DNA of 30,540 nt from an uncultured Candidatus Saccharibacteria bacterium (GTDB lineage: Bacteria > Patescibacteriota > Saccharimonadia > Saccharimonadales > JAUPVS01). A model generated the notes under the pieces. It was not told where the DNA came from, did not search any database, and was given only the letters and a program-made list of their open reading frames with translations. Made by a program: the position numbers and the translations under genes. Numbering within the stretch: the stretch's first letter is position 1; every line of letters starts with the position of its first letter. Shown in pieces: positions 1-9,325 of this stretch. Where the stretch lies: the NCBI GenBank assembly GCA_964395925.1, contig CAYNBU010000003.1, positions 6,272-36,811 of the forward strand, read 5' to 3'.

Positions 1-64
1 TTGCTGCTCAGGGCATAAAATGGTAAGCTTATGTTTAGAGCCAGAGGGGATAAAAAATACAGAC

Positions 65-820
65 ATGATGCAAACCATAGCGGTATTAAACCAAAAAGGC
101 GGGGTAGGTAAGACTACGACCGCTATTAACCTTGCCGCATACCTCAATAAAATGGGCAAGTCGGTACTTTTAGTAGATCTCGACCCCCAAGGGAACGCCA
201 CAAGTGGCCTTGGTCGCGACAAAGCTGCTATCGAAGCCGGTACTTACGAACTTTTATTGGGTAATGTAGAGCTCAGCCAAACCCTACAAATCATTAGCGA
301 TGGTTTTTATTTGCTGCCTACCAATGCTAACCTCGCCGCGGTAGAAGTTGAACTCGTAAATCTCCCCAACAGGGAATATGCTCTGCGCGAGGCCATAAGA
401 AATGCCGACTACGACTACATTATTATCGACTGCCCACCTGCGCTGGGGCTGCTTACCATCAATGCGCTTACTGCCGCCACAACCATTATTATTCCGGTTC
501 AGGCCGAATATTACGCGCTCGAAGGCCTTGGTCAGCTGCTGCAAGTGTTCCAAAGCGTGCGGAAAGGGCTCAACCCACATCTCGAAATTATGGGCGTAGT
601 TATCACGATGTACGATAGCCGCACAAGTTTGTCGGGCCAGGTGGTTACCGAAGTTAAAAAGCATTTTGGAGACAAAGTATTCAAGACCGTTATCCCGCGC
701 AACGTGCGTTTGGCAGAGGCCCCAAGTTACGGTAAGTCGGTTGCCGACCACGATAAATGGTCGAAAGGGGCTCGTGCATATAAACAACTGGCCAAGGAGG
801 TGGTAGAACGTGGCAAATAG
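65..820 (+). CDS. parA: ParA/Soj family chromosome partitioning ATPase
   Basis: Deviant Walker A KGGVGKTT, plus DLDPQGN, IIDCPP and PRNVRLAEAPSYG motifs. Start moved from the ORF-track position 20 to ATG 65 (or 68) because family similarity begins at MQTIAV. Overlaps the parB start. Confidence 0.95.
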   Translation: MMQTIAVLNQKGGVGKTTTAINLAAYLNKMGKSVLLVDLDPQGNATSGLGRDKAAIEAGTYELLLGNVELSQTLQIISDGFYLLPTNANLAAVEVELVNLPNREYALREAIRNADYDYIIIDCPPALGLLTINALTAATTIIIPVQAEYYALEGLGQLLQVFQSVRKGLNPHLEIMGVVITMYDSRTSLSGQVVTEVKKHFGDKVFKTVIPRNVRLAEAPSYGKSVADHDKWSKGARAYKQLAKEVVERGK

Positions 821-1697
821 TAATAAACAAACAGGATTGGGTCGGGGTTTTGATGCGCTCATTCCTCAAGACTTTGACAACACATTACTGGTAGATGAGC
901 AAGATCGCATACAAAAACTACTCATTACTGACATTACGCCCAACAGAGGCCAACCACGGAGTACATTTGATAAACAGCTACTCCAGGAGCTTGCAGATTC
1001 TATAAAAGAACACGGTATTTTACAGCCTATAATCGTACGGGCTGCCCCTGGCGGCGGCTACAGCATTGTGGCTGGCGAACGACGTTGGCGTGCTGCTCAG
1101 CTTGCGGGGCTCGAACATATTCCGGCAATCGTGCGTACCATGGAAGACATGCAGCAAGTGCAGATTGCGCTCGTCGAAAACGTCCAGCGTGTCGATCTTT
1201 CGTTGTTGGAACAAGCTGCTTCAATTCAGGCGCTTTGTAACCAGTTTGGTATGACGCACCAAACAATTGGTGAAAAGCTTGGTAAGGCCGAGTCAACCAT
1301 CCGTAATATTGCCCGGTTGCTCGACTTGCCGGCTCCTGCCCAAGAAGCGATGCGTGACGGTCTTATAAATGAAGGTCATGGCCGTGCCATCTTAGCGATT
1401 AAGGCGTATCCCGAGAAACAAGCCGAACTACTACGGCTTATCCTTGCCAATCACTGGACGGTTCGCCAGGCAGAGCAGTTTGCGATTGCCGTAAAGAAGG
1501 GTGATCAAGATGGTAAGGTTGCTCGCCAGAAAGCGCAAGCCACAACTCCCGAAACCGAAAAGCTTAGTAAAAAAATCGGTAAGCAAGTGAGCATTCGTCG
1601 ACTCGCTAAGGGCGGTAAGCTCGAAATTGCTTTCGCCAGTGACGAAGACCTCGAAAAGCTTATCGAATTGCTCAGTAAATTGAAGGCGAAAAGCTAA
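810..1697 (+). CDS. parB: ParB/Spo0J partitioning protein
   Basis: GLGRGFDALI N-terminal ParA-activating peptide, QPR, GILQPIIVR, GERRWRAA (CTPase box), ENVQR and an HTH region. GTG start. Its stop overlaps the lepB stop (convergent, 1694-1697). Confidence 0.95.
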   Translation: MANSNKQTGLGRGFDALIPQDFDNTLLVDEQDRIQKLLITDITPNRGQPRSTFDKQLLQELADSIKEHGILQPIIVRAAPGGGYSIVAGERRWRAAQLAGLEHIPAIVRTMEDMQQVQIALVENVQRVDLSLLEQAASIQALCNQFGMTHQTIGEKLGKAESTIRNIARLLDLPAPAQEAMRDGLINEGHGRAILAIKAYPEKQAELLRLILANHWTVRQAEQFAIAVKKGDQDGKVARQKAQATTPETEKLSKKIGKQVSIRRLAKGGKLEIAFASDEDLEKLIELLSKLKAKS

Positions 1698-2377
1698 AAT
1701 ACTTCTGCATCACTAAACGGGTAGATGCGCAGCCCAAGTTTGCCAACGATGTCGTGTGCAGGAACAGGCCCAAAATATCGTGAATCGAGCGAGTTGTGGC
1801 GGTTATCGCCGGCCACGAACACCTCTCCTTCGGGAACGGTAAGATCGACATTGCCGGGTGTATCGGTAATCACGGAACCGTAGGGAAGGGTTTTATCGGG
1901 AGAAAAGCCTTCGGGGTGCTCATCGTTAAATACGGTGAGCACACCATCACGCACTACAACGCGCTCGCCTGGTAGAGCAACCACTCGCTTAATGAGTTGT
2001 TTATTGGCGTCGCCTTCAAGGGCGGCTCCATCTGTGTGATTAAAGATAACAATATCACCCCTGTTAGGAATGTAGTCATGGCGGGTAATGCGAGACCACG
2101 TGCGCGGAACCTTCCACACAATAAGCCGATCGGCGTTATGCAGCGTATCTTGCATGCTCGGCCCGTCAACTTGGTATGACTGGAATACGAACATAGTCAA
2201 AAAGATTGCAATCAGGGGCGCCAAAACCAACAGGGCAATGGTCGAGGCTATACTTTTAAAGCCCTCTTTTGAGGGTTGTTCTGGCTGCTGTTCTTCTGGA
2301 GTGAGTTGCTCAATCTGAGGTTGCTCGGGGGCCGGAGTGACAGCAGGTGGTTCGGGGGCTGGCGTTGTTGGTTCCAT
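1694..2377 (-). CDS. lepB: Signal peptidase I
   Basis: One TM segment, then VDGPSM (catalytic Ser), LIKRVV (catalytic Lys) and GDNRHNSLDSRYFG. Pro/Glu/Gln-rich N-terminal tail. Confidence 0.95.
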   Translation of the reverse strand: MEPTTPAPEPPAVTPAPEQPQIEQLTPEEQQPEQPSKEGFKSIASTIALLVLAPLIAIFLTMFVFQSYQVDGPSMQDTLHNADRLIVWKVPRTWSRITRHDYIPNRGDIVIFNHTDGAALEGDANKQLIKRVVALPGERVVVRDGVLTVFNDEHPEGFSPDKTLPYGSVITDTPGNVDLTVPEGEVFVAGDNRHNSLDSRYFGPVPAHDIVGKLGLRIYPFSDAEVF

Positions 2378-2388
2378 TACAGCTTTTC

Positions 2389-2448
2389 ACTATACGCTAT
2401 TTTTTGCATACTGCACATGTTTACGTGCAGGACATAAGCCGGTATACT
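2389..2448. promoter_or_regulatory. Divergent promoter region lepB / LCP with a 20-bp quasi-palindrome
   Basis: Plus strand: TTTACG (2420-2425)-N17-TATACT (2443-2448). Minus strand: -10 TATAGT (2389-2394). Inverted repeat CTGCACAT-GTTT-ACGTGCAG at 2411-2430 with one mismatch. Confidence 0.5.
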
Positions 2449-2462
2449 ACGTTTCGCGTATC

Positions 2463-4082
2463 ATGGATAATTTTAGACGACCTAAACCCAAGAAGCGCGG
2501 CAGTACTCTCGACGGATTTTTAAACTCCACAAAAAACTCATCAGTGGGTAACCTCGGAAACTTTCGTCGGCCGCAAAACATCACCGGAACCAGAAGAAAG
2601 CTGGGCGGTGATTTCGCGCAGTCTGATGGGTTCGTCACTAAAACTCGTTCTACCGTTCCGGGCTCAAGCAAAGCTATATCGGCAAACCTCAGCGGTGCAG
2701 TTACTCCCACAGAAGAAAAGACCACAATCCCGGGGGCTCGCGACTTGGGTAAGAAAAACAAGAAAGAAAAGAAACCTCGAAGCAAGTGGCGTACCCTTGC
2801 AAAACGAACGGTAATTTCGTTGGTAGTAGTTATGATGCTTGGCGGTGGGTACGTCGGCGCCAAGGCATTCCTAAACTCACGTAAAGTTTTGCAGGGTGGT
2901 GGCGAGGCGGCTGCGCTCGAGGCCGATGTTGATCCATCTCGGCTCAATGTTGAGGGCGACGGCCGTATTAACATCTTATTACTTGGTCGTGGCGGGGCAG
3001 GCCATGAAGGCCCCGATCTTACCGACACTATGCTGATTGCAAGTATCGACCCCATTCATAAAGAAGCAGCATTGGTGAGCATCCCGCGCGATTTGTGGGT
3101 TAAATCGGCCAAGACAGGCGGCTTCAGCAAAATAAATGCTGTATATGCTAACGCAAAAAGTGCCGCATCAAATAACGAAGATGCCGAAAAAGTTGGCCAG
3201 GAGGCCGTCGAAAAGACGGTAGAACAGGTATTTGGGATTCCTATTCACTATCACGGTATGATCGATTTCGAAGGCTTCCGCCAGGCAATTGATACGGTTG
3301 GCGGTATCGATGTAAATGTGCAAGAACAGTTGTATGATCCATCGGTCGCCTGGGAAAATGGCTGGAACCCGTTGATCGCTGCAGTTGGGCAGCAGCATTT
3401 CGATGGTAAGAAGGCGTTGTTGTACGTACGTTCCCGTCATGGCAGCGCTGGTGGTGACTTTAGCCGCGGCCAACGCCAGCGCGAAGTAATTATTGCGCTC
3501 AAAGACAAGGTGCTGTCGGCGGGTACCTACAGTAACCCCGTTAAGGTCACGCAGTTGCTCGATGCCTTTGGTGGGCACATCCAGACGAACTTCAGTCAAA
3601 AAGAGCTTATGGCCCTGTACTCAATCGTCAAAGATATCCCGGGTGACAAAGTTGCCTCTGTTGGCTTAACCGATCCACCACACGACTACTTTACGACCGA
3701 CATGATTTCAGGTCAGTCGGTGGTGGTACCGAAGGCTGGTATTGGTAATTACGCCGAGTTGCAGAATTACATCCGAAACACCCTCAAAGATGCTTACATT
3801 CGTGATGAAAACGCCAACATTGCCGTGCTCAACGGTACTGATGTTGCAGGCTTGGCGACCGACAAAGCAAACATGCTCAAGTCGTACGGATACAACGTTG
3901 GCACCGTAGGCGACTCACCAGTGAAGAATAACTCCAAAACAGTGATCGTTGACATGCGTGATGGCCAGAAGAAATACACCAAGCATTACTTACAAAAACG
4001 CTTTGGCGTCACTGCCACCACCAAACTTCCCGACGGAATAGATGCAGGAACTGCCGACTTTGTTATAATAGTAACTCAGTAA
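2463..4082 (+). CDS. LCP (LytR-CpsA-Psr) family glycopolymer transferase with C-terminal LytR_C domain
   Basis: Basic, low-complexity N-terminus, one TM helix, then NILLLG, TDTMLIAS, SIPRDLWV, YVRSRH and DFSRGQRQ motifs; C-terminal AVLNGT..GLA LytR_C signature. Start moved to ATG 2463 because 2337 overlaps lepB and its promoter. Confidence 0.9.
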   Translation: MDNFRRPKPKKRGSTLDGFLNSTKNSSVGNLGNFRRPQNITGTRRKLGGDFAQSDGFVTKTRSTVPGSSKAISANLSGAVTPTEEKTTIPGARDLGKKNKKEKKPRSKWRTLAKRTVISLVVVMMLGGGYVGAKAFLNSRKVLQGGGEAAALEADVDPSRLNVEGDGRINILLLGRGGAGHEGPDLTDTMLIASIDPIHKEAALVSIPRDLWVKSAKTGGFSKINAVYANAKSAASNNEDAEKVGQEAVEKTVEQVFGIPIHYHGMIDFEGFRQAIDTVGGIDVNVQEQLYDPSVAWENGWNPLIAAVGQQHFDGKKALLYVRSRHGSAGGDFSRGQRQREVIIALKDKVLSAGTYSNPVKVTQLLDAFGGHIQTNFSQKELMALYSIVKDIPGDKVASVGLTDPPHDYFTTDMISGQSVVVPKAGIGNYAELQNYIRNTLKDAYIRDENANIAVLNGTDVAGLATDKANMLKSYGYNVGTVGDSPVKNNSKTVIVDMRDGQKKYTKHYLQKRFGVTATTKLPDGIDAGTADFVIIVTQ

Positions 4083-4831
4083 TGCAGGCAAAGTTACAAA
4101 AGATCAAACCCAAGAATGGTGTAGCCCACGTTTTTCACCTGGCGCTGGTGATTTCATTGCCAATTTTAGTGTATATTGCGGTGCGTATTCACTTTGCTCA
4201 GGTGGCACTGCTATTAATCCTTATTAGTAAGTGGCGCATGTTTGCCGTGAAGCCACGTCACTGGCCAGCTAACATTCGCGCTAACGCCATCGATATTATT
4301 GTTGGTGTATCTCTGTTGATCTTCATGATGCAGAGCGGCTCTCAGATGTTCCAGCTGGTGTGGGCGTTGGCGTATGCTATCTGGCTACTCTTCATAAAAC
4401 CAAACTCGCAGGTATGGGCGGTGGGTGCACAGGCGATTATTGGGCAATTCTTGGGCCTCACGGCGCTGTTTTTACGCTTTGGTGACATAAACGCCGGCTT
4501 CCTTATTATCGCCAGCTGGGGCATTTGTTACCTGGCCGCTCGTCATTTCTTGGCTGCCTTCGACGAACCACAAACCAGACTCCTGGCATACCTGTGGGGG
4601 TATTTTGCAGGTGCACTGGTGTGGGTGCTAAGCCACTGGCTCTTGTTCTACGGCCCCATTGCTCAAGTAACCCTGATGATTAATGTCATCGGCTTTGGTT
4701 TAGCAACGCTGTACTACCTGGCAGAAACCGACCGCTTATCGAAGTTCTTCCAACGCCAGATCGTGTTCATCATGCTAGCTGTTATTGTTATTCTGATTGT
4801 ATTCTCAGACTGGGGCGACAAGACCATCTAG
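4082..4831 (+). CDS. Hypothetical integral membrane protein (~8-9 TM)
   Basis: Multiple hydrophobic segments. TAATG overlap with the LCP stop and a 1-nt gap to htrA. No family recognised. Confidence 0.75.
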   Translation: MQAKLQKIKPKNGVAHVFHLALVISLPILVYIAVRIHFAQVALLLILISKWRMFAVKPRHWPANIRANAIDIIVGVSLLIFMMQSGSQMFQLVWALAYAIWLLFIKPNSQVWAVGAQAIIGQFLGLTALFLRFGDINAGFLIIASWGICYLAARHFLAAFDEPQTRLLAYLWGYFAGALVWVLSHWLLFYGPIAQVTLMINVIGFGLATLYYLAETDRLSKFFQRQIVFIMLAVIVILIVFSDWGDKTI

Positions 4832-4832
4832 C

Positions 4833-5987
4833 ATGAAGAAACCACCGCATATCCCTATTTCACGAGCGCAAGTTTTATTGGTGATACTCATCTTGGGTTT
4901 CAGTGTTAGTGCCGGCTTCTTGGGTGGATGGTTTGGTGCCACCAGCCGGTTTAATAATTTGAGTCAGTCACAGCAACAACAGGTTGTTTCTTCCGAAAGT
5001 GAACTCATTAGTCAGATTGCTAAAGATGTTGGGCCTAGCGTCGTTTCAATTAACGTAGTCAGCCAGAACAACCGCACCGATTACTTTGGTCGCTCGATTG
5101 GCGAAGAAACCAGCGCTGGCACCGGCTTTATCATCAGCACCGATGGCATTGTGGTAACCAACCGTCACGTGGTGGCTGCCGAAGACTCTAAAGTAAGCAT
5201 TGTGCTCGACGACGGCACCTTGCTTGACGATGTGACCGTTATTGGCCGAACTGGCGAAAGTGACCCGCTCGACGTGGCCTTCCTCAAAATCAATGACGCC
5301 AAAGGCAAAAAGCTCAAGGCAGTTAAGTTGGGCGACTCCAGCCAGATGGAAGTGGGCGACAAGGTGGTAGCTATCGGCAACGCTCTGGGTCGGCTCCAGA
5401 ACACGGTTACATCAGGCATAATTTCGGGTTACGGCCGCGATGTGCAGGCGGGTAGCAGCCGATCGCTCGAATCGTTGCAAAACCTCTTCCAAACAGATGC
5501 GGCTATCAACCAAGGTAATTCTGGCGGGCCACTGGTAAATATGAATAGTGAGGTGATCGGCATTAACACGGCAGTCGCTGGCGATGCCCAGAATATCGGC
5601 TTTGCTATCCCTATAGACGATGTCAAAGGCCTGATCGAAGGGGTACTCGCGACCGGCAAGTTTGAACGAGCTTTCTTGGGAGTCCGATATGTTTCGATCA
5701 CCGAAGATTACGCCGAACAGTATGATCTGCCGGCTAAACAGGGTGCATACGTGGTGCCATCATCAGACGGGCAGGTGAGCATTGTGCCTGACAGCCCTGC
5801 TGCTCATGCGGGCATTCGCGAAGGCGACATTATCACCAAAATTAACGATATACCCATTGACGAAGACAACAACCTCACCAGTGTTCTTGGCAGGTTCAAA
5901 GTAGGGCAAAAGGTGACAATCACCCTCTTGCATGATGGCAAAGAGCAACACGTTGATGTTATGCTCACCGCTGCACCACAGAACTAA
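4833..5987 (+). CDS. htrA: HtrA/DegP-type S1C serine protease with one PDZ domain
   Basis: N-terminal TM, TNRHVV (His), DVAFLKI (Asp), INQGNSGGPL (Ser), FAIP, and a C-terminal PDZ (PDSPAAHAGIREGDII). Start placed at ATG 4833, just after the upstream stop. Confidence 0.93.
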   Translation: MKKPPHIPISRAQVLLVILILGFSVSAGFLGGWFGATSRFNNLSQSQQQQVVSSESELISQIAKDVGPSVVSINVVSQNNRTDYFGRSIGEETSAGTGFIISTDGIVVTNRHVVAAEDSKVSIVLDDGTLLDDVTVIGRTGESDPLDVAFLKINDAKGKKLKAVKLGDSSQMEVGDKVVAIGNALGRLQNTVTSGIISGYGRDVQAGSSRSLESLQNLFQTDAAINQGNSGGPLVNMNSEVIGINTAVAGDAQNIGFAIPIDDVKGLIEGVLATGKFERAFLGVRYVSITEDYAEQYDLPAKQGAYVVPSSDGQVSIVPDSPAAHAGIREGDIITKINDIPIDEDNNLTSVLGRFKVGQKVTITLLHDGKEQHVDVMLTAAPQN

Positions 5988-6003
5988 ACACCAGAGGTAC
6001 GAG

Positions 6004-6032
6004 TTGACATTTTAGCGAAAGTATGCTAATAT
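6004..6032 (+). promoter_or_regulatory. Sigma70-type promoter, predicted leaderless transcript
   Basis: TTGACA (6004-6009)-N17-TAATAT (6027-6032) with an extended -10 TG at 6024-6025. ATG lies 7 nt downstream and there is no SD. Confidence 0.75.
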
Positions 6033-6039
6033 ACTACGC

Positions 6040-6768
6040 ATGGATAAAACACCAGCAAACCCCAAAGAAAACTCGAAAGAAAAACTGTTCCCGTACTCTC
6101 GAAAGAAAGTAGCAGCCGGTGCAATCGCCGCGACCGTAGCAGTGGCTACCATTGGTGCCGCGGTTGCGCAAACCACTCCACGAACAGTGTTGCGCCCCTC
6201 AATTGAGGCCGAAAAACCCGAGTCTTTAACTGATAGAGCCGAGAAGGCAGCACAAGGCTTTGCGGCTCAAATTCTTAATATAAGTACTGCTGGCGAAGAC
6301 AGACAGGTGTATCGGCAGCAAAATAAAGGGGGCGGTGTCACTTATACCGTTGAGATCGGCACTGGCGCACTGGTTGGCAGCGATTACGGTTTGTACAGCC
6401 TAAGTTTTAGTGGTGAGCCTGGTGCCGATGGTGTGCTTGATGCTGATGAGGTGAATTCGCTCTACATTGTTATGGACACAATGACTGGTAATATGAAAGA
6501 TACCCCAGAGGGTGAACTGTATTCATTCCAGATGGATCGTGCGGGTGATAACGATAACGGTTGGTACGTAGTAGTTGACCAGGCTACTAAAGGCACTGAA
6601 CGAATTGTAGGTCACTACACTACGCTCGATGTCGCCGGCGAAGACGGCAAGGGTAATGTATATGCCATGACCCCCGAGAACCTCGAGGCAATTACAGGTC
6701 AAGCTCAAGTAATACTTGATTGGGCGAAAGAAGCAGCGCCTGTTAACTACGCTCCTAATACGAACTAG
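6040..6768 (+). CDS. Hypothetical membrane-anchored or exported protein
   Basis: 242-aa ORF. Basic RKK followed by an Ala/Val-rich hydrophobic helix, then an acidic, beta-rich domain. Strong dedicated promoter. Convergent 14-nt overlap with prmC. Confidence 0.75.
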   Translation: MDKTPANPKENSKEKLFPYSRKKVAAGAIAATVAVATIGAAVAQTTPRTVLRPSIEAEKPESLTDRAEKAAQGFAAQILNISTAGEDRQVYRQQNKGGGVTYTVEIGTGALVGSDYGLYSLSFSGEPGADGVLDADEVNSLYIVMDTMTGNMKDTPEGELYSFQMDRAGDNDNGWYVVVDQATKGTERIVGHYTTLDVAGEDGKGNVYAMTPENLEAITGQAQVILDWAKEAAPVNYAPNTN

Positions 6769-7573
6769 TTAAGCGAAAGACTTGAATAAAATCTTCGGCA
6801 CGCAGCACGGAATACCCGTGCTGTTGTGCTATGTCGGCCAAGGCGGCGTGCTGGAAGGGCAGTGATTCGGTGAGCACGTGGCCGGCGCGGTATTCTTGCT
6901 GTTCGAGTTGTGCAAACAGGGTGCGGTATAAGTCGAGCCCGTCTTGGCCACCGAAGATTGCGAGTCGCGGTTCTATGGTGGCTGCCTGGTTAACCTGATA
7001 ATCGTTCGGTACGTAGGGCAGGTTGGCTAAAATTACGCTGTTTTTTGGCACCTGCAAGCCTGCAATGAGGTTGGTTTCTTTGAGGTCAACGGTAGCGGCG
7101 TGCAATTTGCAGTTTTGGCGGGCAACTGCCAGGCAGGCCGGGTCGATGTCGGTAGCAATAACTTGCACCGTGCCGAGCTCGGTGGCCGCGGTGATGGCCA
7201 GCGCGCCCGAGCCGGTGCCGACATCAACTACGGTTTTGCGCGCTTTGGCCGGCAGTTTTTTGAGCAGATCGATCATGGTTTCGCTCTCGGGGCGAGGTTC
7301 CAGCACAGCTGGTGTTACAAAGAAGTCACGGCCGTAAAACTCAGTTTTACCCCTGATGTAAGCCAGTGGTTCGTGCTCGGCACGGCGAGCCAGTTGCTCG
7401 GCCAGCAGTTTTTGTTGTTCGTTGGTGAGTGTGGTTTCGGGATGAGCCAACAACTGAGCACGATCGGTGTGCAAAGCATCTTCTAAAAGTACCAATGCAT
7501 CCAGGCGCGCGGTGCCCACGCCGCCGCTCGTAAGCTGCGCAGTTGCCTCGGCCAGCCATTGTTCAACGGTCAC
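6755..7573 (-). CDS. prmC: Release factor glutamine N5-methyltransferase (HemK/PrmC)
   Basis: EPLAYI.G, VLEPRPESE, SAM motif DVGTGSGAL and NLPY (NPPY variant). Immediately downstream of prfA. GTG start. Confidence 0.93.
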   Translation of the reverse strand: MTVEQWLAEATAQLTSGGVGTARLDALVLLEDALHTDRAQLLAHPETTLTNEQQKLLAEQLARRAEHEPLAYIRGKTEFYGRDFFVTPAVLEPRPESETMIDLLKKLPAKARKTVVDVGTGSGALAITAATELGTVQVIATDIDPACLAVARQNCKLHAATVDLKETNLIAGLQVPKNSVILANLPYVPNDYQVNQAATIEPRLAIFGGQDGLDLYRTLFAQLEQQEYRAGHVLTESLPFQHAALADIAQQHGYSVLRAEDFIQVFRLTSSY

Positions 7574-7579
7574 CGCAGG

Positions 7580-8644
7580 TCACTCCGCCTGCATCAGGTC
7601 GTGTTCGGCCCTTTGCAGCTGTTCGACGAGATCGTCGATGTCGCCAGCCAATGCGCCCGGAATGTTGCTGCGGCTGTAGCTAATACGGTGGTCGGTAATG
7701 CGGTCTTGCGGGAAGTTATAGGTACGGATCTTCTCGGAGCGGTCGCCTGAGCCAATCAGTTTTTTGCGGGCGTCGGAGAGTTCTTTTTGCTCTTCTTCAA
7801 GCTTGGCGGCCAGCAAACGAGAACGCAGCACGCTCATGGCTTTCGCTTTGTTTTTTATCTGGGATTTCTCGTCTTGGTTCGAAACTACCAGGCCGGTTGG
7901 AATATGCGTAATGCGTACGGCTGAGTCGGTGGTGTTCACCGACTGGCCACCGTGGCCGCCGCTGCGGTAGACGTCGATCCGCAAATCGGAAGGGTTAATT
8001 TCGATGTCGGATTCTTCGGCTTCGGGCAGCACGGCAACGGTGACGGTGGAGGTGTGCACGCGACCTTGGCTTTCGGTAGTGGGTACGCGTTGCACCCGGT
8101 GTACGCCGGCTTCAAATTTGAAAGTACGGAAGGCATCGAGGCCGCGGATGGCAAAAATTACTTCTTTAAACCCGCCGACTTCGTTGGCACTTTCGCTTAA
8201 TAGTTCGAGTTTAAACCCGCGGCGTTCTGCCAGGCGGGCATACATGCGGTACAGCTCACCAGCAAATAAACTGGCTTCGTCACCACCGGCGGCGGCGCGG
8301 ATTTCGATAATACAGTCGCGCTCGTCGTTGGGGTCTTTGGGTGTGAGCGCCTCTTCGAGCTTGGCATTTACGGCGGCCAAGGTAACCTCAAGCTCAGAAA
8401 GTTCGGCACGGGCCATTTCGGCCAGTTCAGCGTCAGCGCCAGCTGCGAGTTCGGTGGCGTCGCTTTGTGCTTTGAGTGCGCCGGCACGAGCCTCAAACAG
8501 CTCAACAACCGCTTCAAGTTCGCTCTGTCGCTTGGCTAGCTTCGGATATTCGGACGTGCTGAAAATAGCCGGATCCTGCAAACGGGCTTGCAGGGCGGTG
8601 AGTTCCTCTCGTAGTGCGGCTTCTTTGTTGCTCGTACTGCTCAT
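7580..8644 (-). CDS. prfA: Peptide chain release factor 1
   Basis: GGQ motif ([17 protein letters not shown]), RF1-type PxT anticodon loop (RVPTTE), GVHRVQR and IRTYNFPQ. Confidence 0.97.
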   Translation of the reverse strand: MSSTSNKEAALREELTALQARLQDPAIFSTSEYPKLAKRQSELEAVVELFEARAGALKAQSDATELAAGADAELAEMARAELSELEVTLAAVNAKLEEALTPKDPNDERDCIIEIRAAAGGDEASLFAGELYRMYARLAERRGFKLELLSESANEVGGFKEVIFAIRGLDAFRTFKFEAGVHRVQRVPTTESQGRVHTSTVTVAVLPEAEESDIEINPSDLRIDVYRSGGHGGQSVNTTDSAVRITHIPTGLVVSNQDEKSQIKNKAKAMSVLRSRLLAAKLEEEQKELSDARKKLIGSGDRSEKIRTYNFPQDRITDHRISYSRSNIPGALAGDIDDLVEQLQRAEHDLMQAE

Positions 8645-8985
8645 TGTAATAGTAACCTTAGTTTTTGAGTCGTTTCATTAAGTGCTACCGCGGGTGCTTT
8701 AGTTGCGCGGCGTATCTTGCGAACTTGCCAGTCGAGTGTTTTAACTTGGTCGGCCAGAATGACACCGTCAATGGTAGCAGCCTGCACACGCACTTCAAAA
8801 GGGTAGCCCTTGATCTTTGTAGTTATTGGACACGCAAGCAGGAGTGAGGAGCGGCTGTTGTAATCTTTTGGCGACAATACCAAGGCGGGGCGTTGACCTT
8901 TTTGCTCGTGCCCAAGCGCCGGGTTAAAGTCTAGCCAGACAATATCGCCACGGTCGGGTATATATGCGGGCATGACCTTTACCAC
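8641..8985 (-). CDS. mazF: MazF/PemK family endoribonuclease toxin
   Basis: [27 protein letters not shown] and [20 protein letters not shown]. Start is GTG 8985 or ATG 8973. The TGA stop overlaps the prfA ATG (ATGA). Confidence 0.93.
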   Translation of the reverse strand: MVKVMPAYIPDRGDIVWLDFNPALGHEQKGQRPALVLSPKDYNSRSSLLLACPITTKIKGYPFEVRVQAATIDGVILADQVKTLDWQVRKIRRATKAPAVALNETTQKLRLLLQ

Positions 8986-9239
8986 AACTCTTTGCCTACT
9001 GGCTCACCCCAGTCAGTTTCACCATGACGGTTGTCGGGATGTATGTCTGCAATAAGTTGCTTGAGGGATGGTGTGGGCAAAGCCTTCTTAGGGGTGCTTG
9101 GAGTCAAAATAATAGTATTGCCGCGAACACCTACGGTTACTTCTTGGTGAGCGTGCCATTGTGCGGCAGACAGCACCTTTTTTGGCAGGCGGATACCAGT
9201 GCTATTTCCCCAATTTTGAGTTTTTTGCGTTATCTTCAT
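8979..9239 (-). CDS. mazE: MazE (AbrB/SpoVT-fold) antitoxin
   Basis: QNWGNSTGIRLP AbrB signature and C-terminal L..LI..I.PDN.H.ETDWG.PVGKELW typical of MazE. Directly upstream of mazF. Confidence 0.92.
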   Translation of the reverse strand: MKITQKTQNWGNSTGIRLPKKVLSAAQWHAHQEVTVGVRGNTIILTPSTPKKALPTPSLKQLIADIHPDNRHGETDWGEPVGKELW

Positions 9240-9278
9240 AGTATATACAAGTATATACTATCTGAATCACCTATACAA
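9239..9278 (-). promoter_or_regulatory. mazEF promoter with palindromic operator
   Basis: Minus strand TTGTAT (9273-9278)-N17-TATACT (9250-9255). A perfect inverted repeat TAGTATATAC-AA-GTATATACTA (9239-9260) covers the -10, the predicted +1 and the start codon. Confidence 0.75.
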
Positions 9279-9325
9279 GAAAAACCGCCAGCGATTACGT
9301 CGACAGTTTTATGCGGATAGAGTAA

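Noticed and set aside
31-111. Short out-of-frame ORF overlapping the parA start, 9 nt after TAAAAT
   Set aside because: No regulatory structure or informative codon run, and the upstream context is cut by the window edge.
1-2460. parS site or oriC near parAB
   Set aside because: I saw no TGTTTCACGTGAAACA-like palindrome or clustered TTATCCACA boxes. The 2411-2430 repeat does not match parS.
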